This document shows, one piece after another, positions 62,478 to 62,686 of a DNA stretch of 62,686 bases. The notes below the pieces were generated by a model. That model was given only the letters and a program-made list of their open reading frames with translations, searched no databases and was not told the origin of the DNA. This DNA is from an uncultured Rhodobacterales bacterium. Lineage in GTDB: Bacteria > Pseudomonadota > Alphaproteobacteria > Rhodobacterales > CAZPXZ01. The stretch covers positions 1 through 62,686 of the forward strand of contig CAZPIN010000105.1 of NCBI GenBank assembly GCA_964586735.1, read 5' to 3'. Both the position numbers and the translations under genes were made by a program. How positions within the stretch are numbered: the first letter of the stretch is position 1; every line of letters starts with the position of its first letter.

Positions 62478-62686
62478 ATGATCATGGATGCTGCAATAAG
62501 GGAAATCGTAGAGGCCGTAGGGCCGGAATACGAGGCCCGCGGGGAGGCCCGCGGAGAGGCCCGCGGAGAGGCCCGCGGGGAGGCAAAGGGGAGGTCCAAG
62601 ATACTCACCCATTCGCTGGAAAGCGTGTTTGGTGCCCTGCCGAACGGCTACAAGCAGCGCATCAGCGACGCCAGCGAGGAGGACAT
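62478..62686 (+). CDS. Partial (3'-truncated by window) free-standing DUF4351-like ORF: duplicated Rpn C-terminal module with its own ATG
   Basis: ATG ATC ATG GAT GCT... translates to MIMDAAIREIVEAVGPEYEARGEARGEARGEARGEAKGRSKILTHSLESVFGALPNGYKQRISDASEED. It stays open to the window end. It is absent from the ORF track because no stop codon is reached. I see no convincing SD. Confidence 0.5.
   Translation, partial: MIMDAAIREIVEAVGPEYEARGEARGEARGEARGEAKGRSKILTHSLESVFGALPNGYKQRISDASEED

Larger units (their letters stand above)
62141..62686 (+). repeat. Head-to-tail tandem duplication of the 3' end of the Rpn-like gene (unit 62141-62467; second copy from 62468 to the window edge)
   Basis: tgactgga occurs at 62141 and 62468. 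The offset is 327 nt before the 12-bp repeat array and 315 nt after it. The 95 nt from aggtccaagatactcaccc onward are identical in both copies (62277-62371 versus 62592-62686). Confidence 0.9.

Overview
High-GC bacterial window, patchy in composition (hand-counted 60-nt lines range from 35% to 75% GC). It looks like an accessory surface-protein island from a diderm, with a small quaternary-amine/C1 catabolic module embedded in it. About 70% of the DNA encodes six giant proteins of two families. Family 1: three paralogous autotransporter-like proteins (30..6785, 7477..16662, 22725..29207). Each has a signal peptide, a variable head, 10-17 tandem Calx-beta-type modules and a C-terminal beta-barrel ending in F or I. 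The first two are each preceded by a poly-C tract (>=13 C and 10 C) next to the ribosome-binding site. Family 2: three giant Ca-loop (DxDxDGxxD) repeat proteins (17053..22479, 45437..49330, 52400..60982 minus). They are built from a shared ~330-aa supermodule I do not recognise. Two carry a BapA-prefix/retention-type N-terminus. All three end in a ~110-aa module that also recurs internally (15 copies in total). Between the giant genes lie five PD-(D/E)XK-superfamily genes: three Rpn/YhgA-like (one frameshifted) and two AAA-ATPase/PDDEXK_9-type. Extra free-standing copies of the Rpn C-terminal (DUF4351-like) module also occur there. Also present are two tandem non-pyrrolysine MttB-family methyltransferase genes plus a ~100-bp relic of a third, and a dimethylglycine-dehydrogenase-like gene. 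The remaining genes are an orphan form-II CoxL-like molybdoenzyme subunit, a lipoprotein and an SDR epimerase. I found no rRNA, tRNA, CRISPR array, integrase or reverse transcriptase. All functional calls come from motif recognition by eye; no database search was run.
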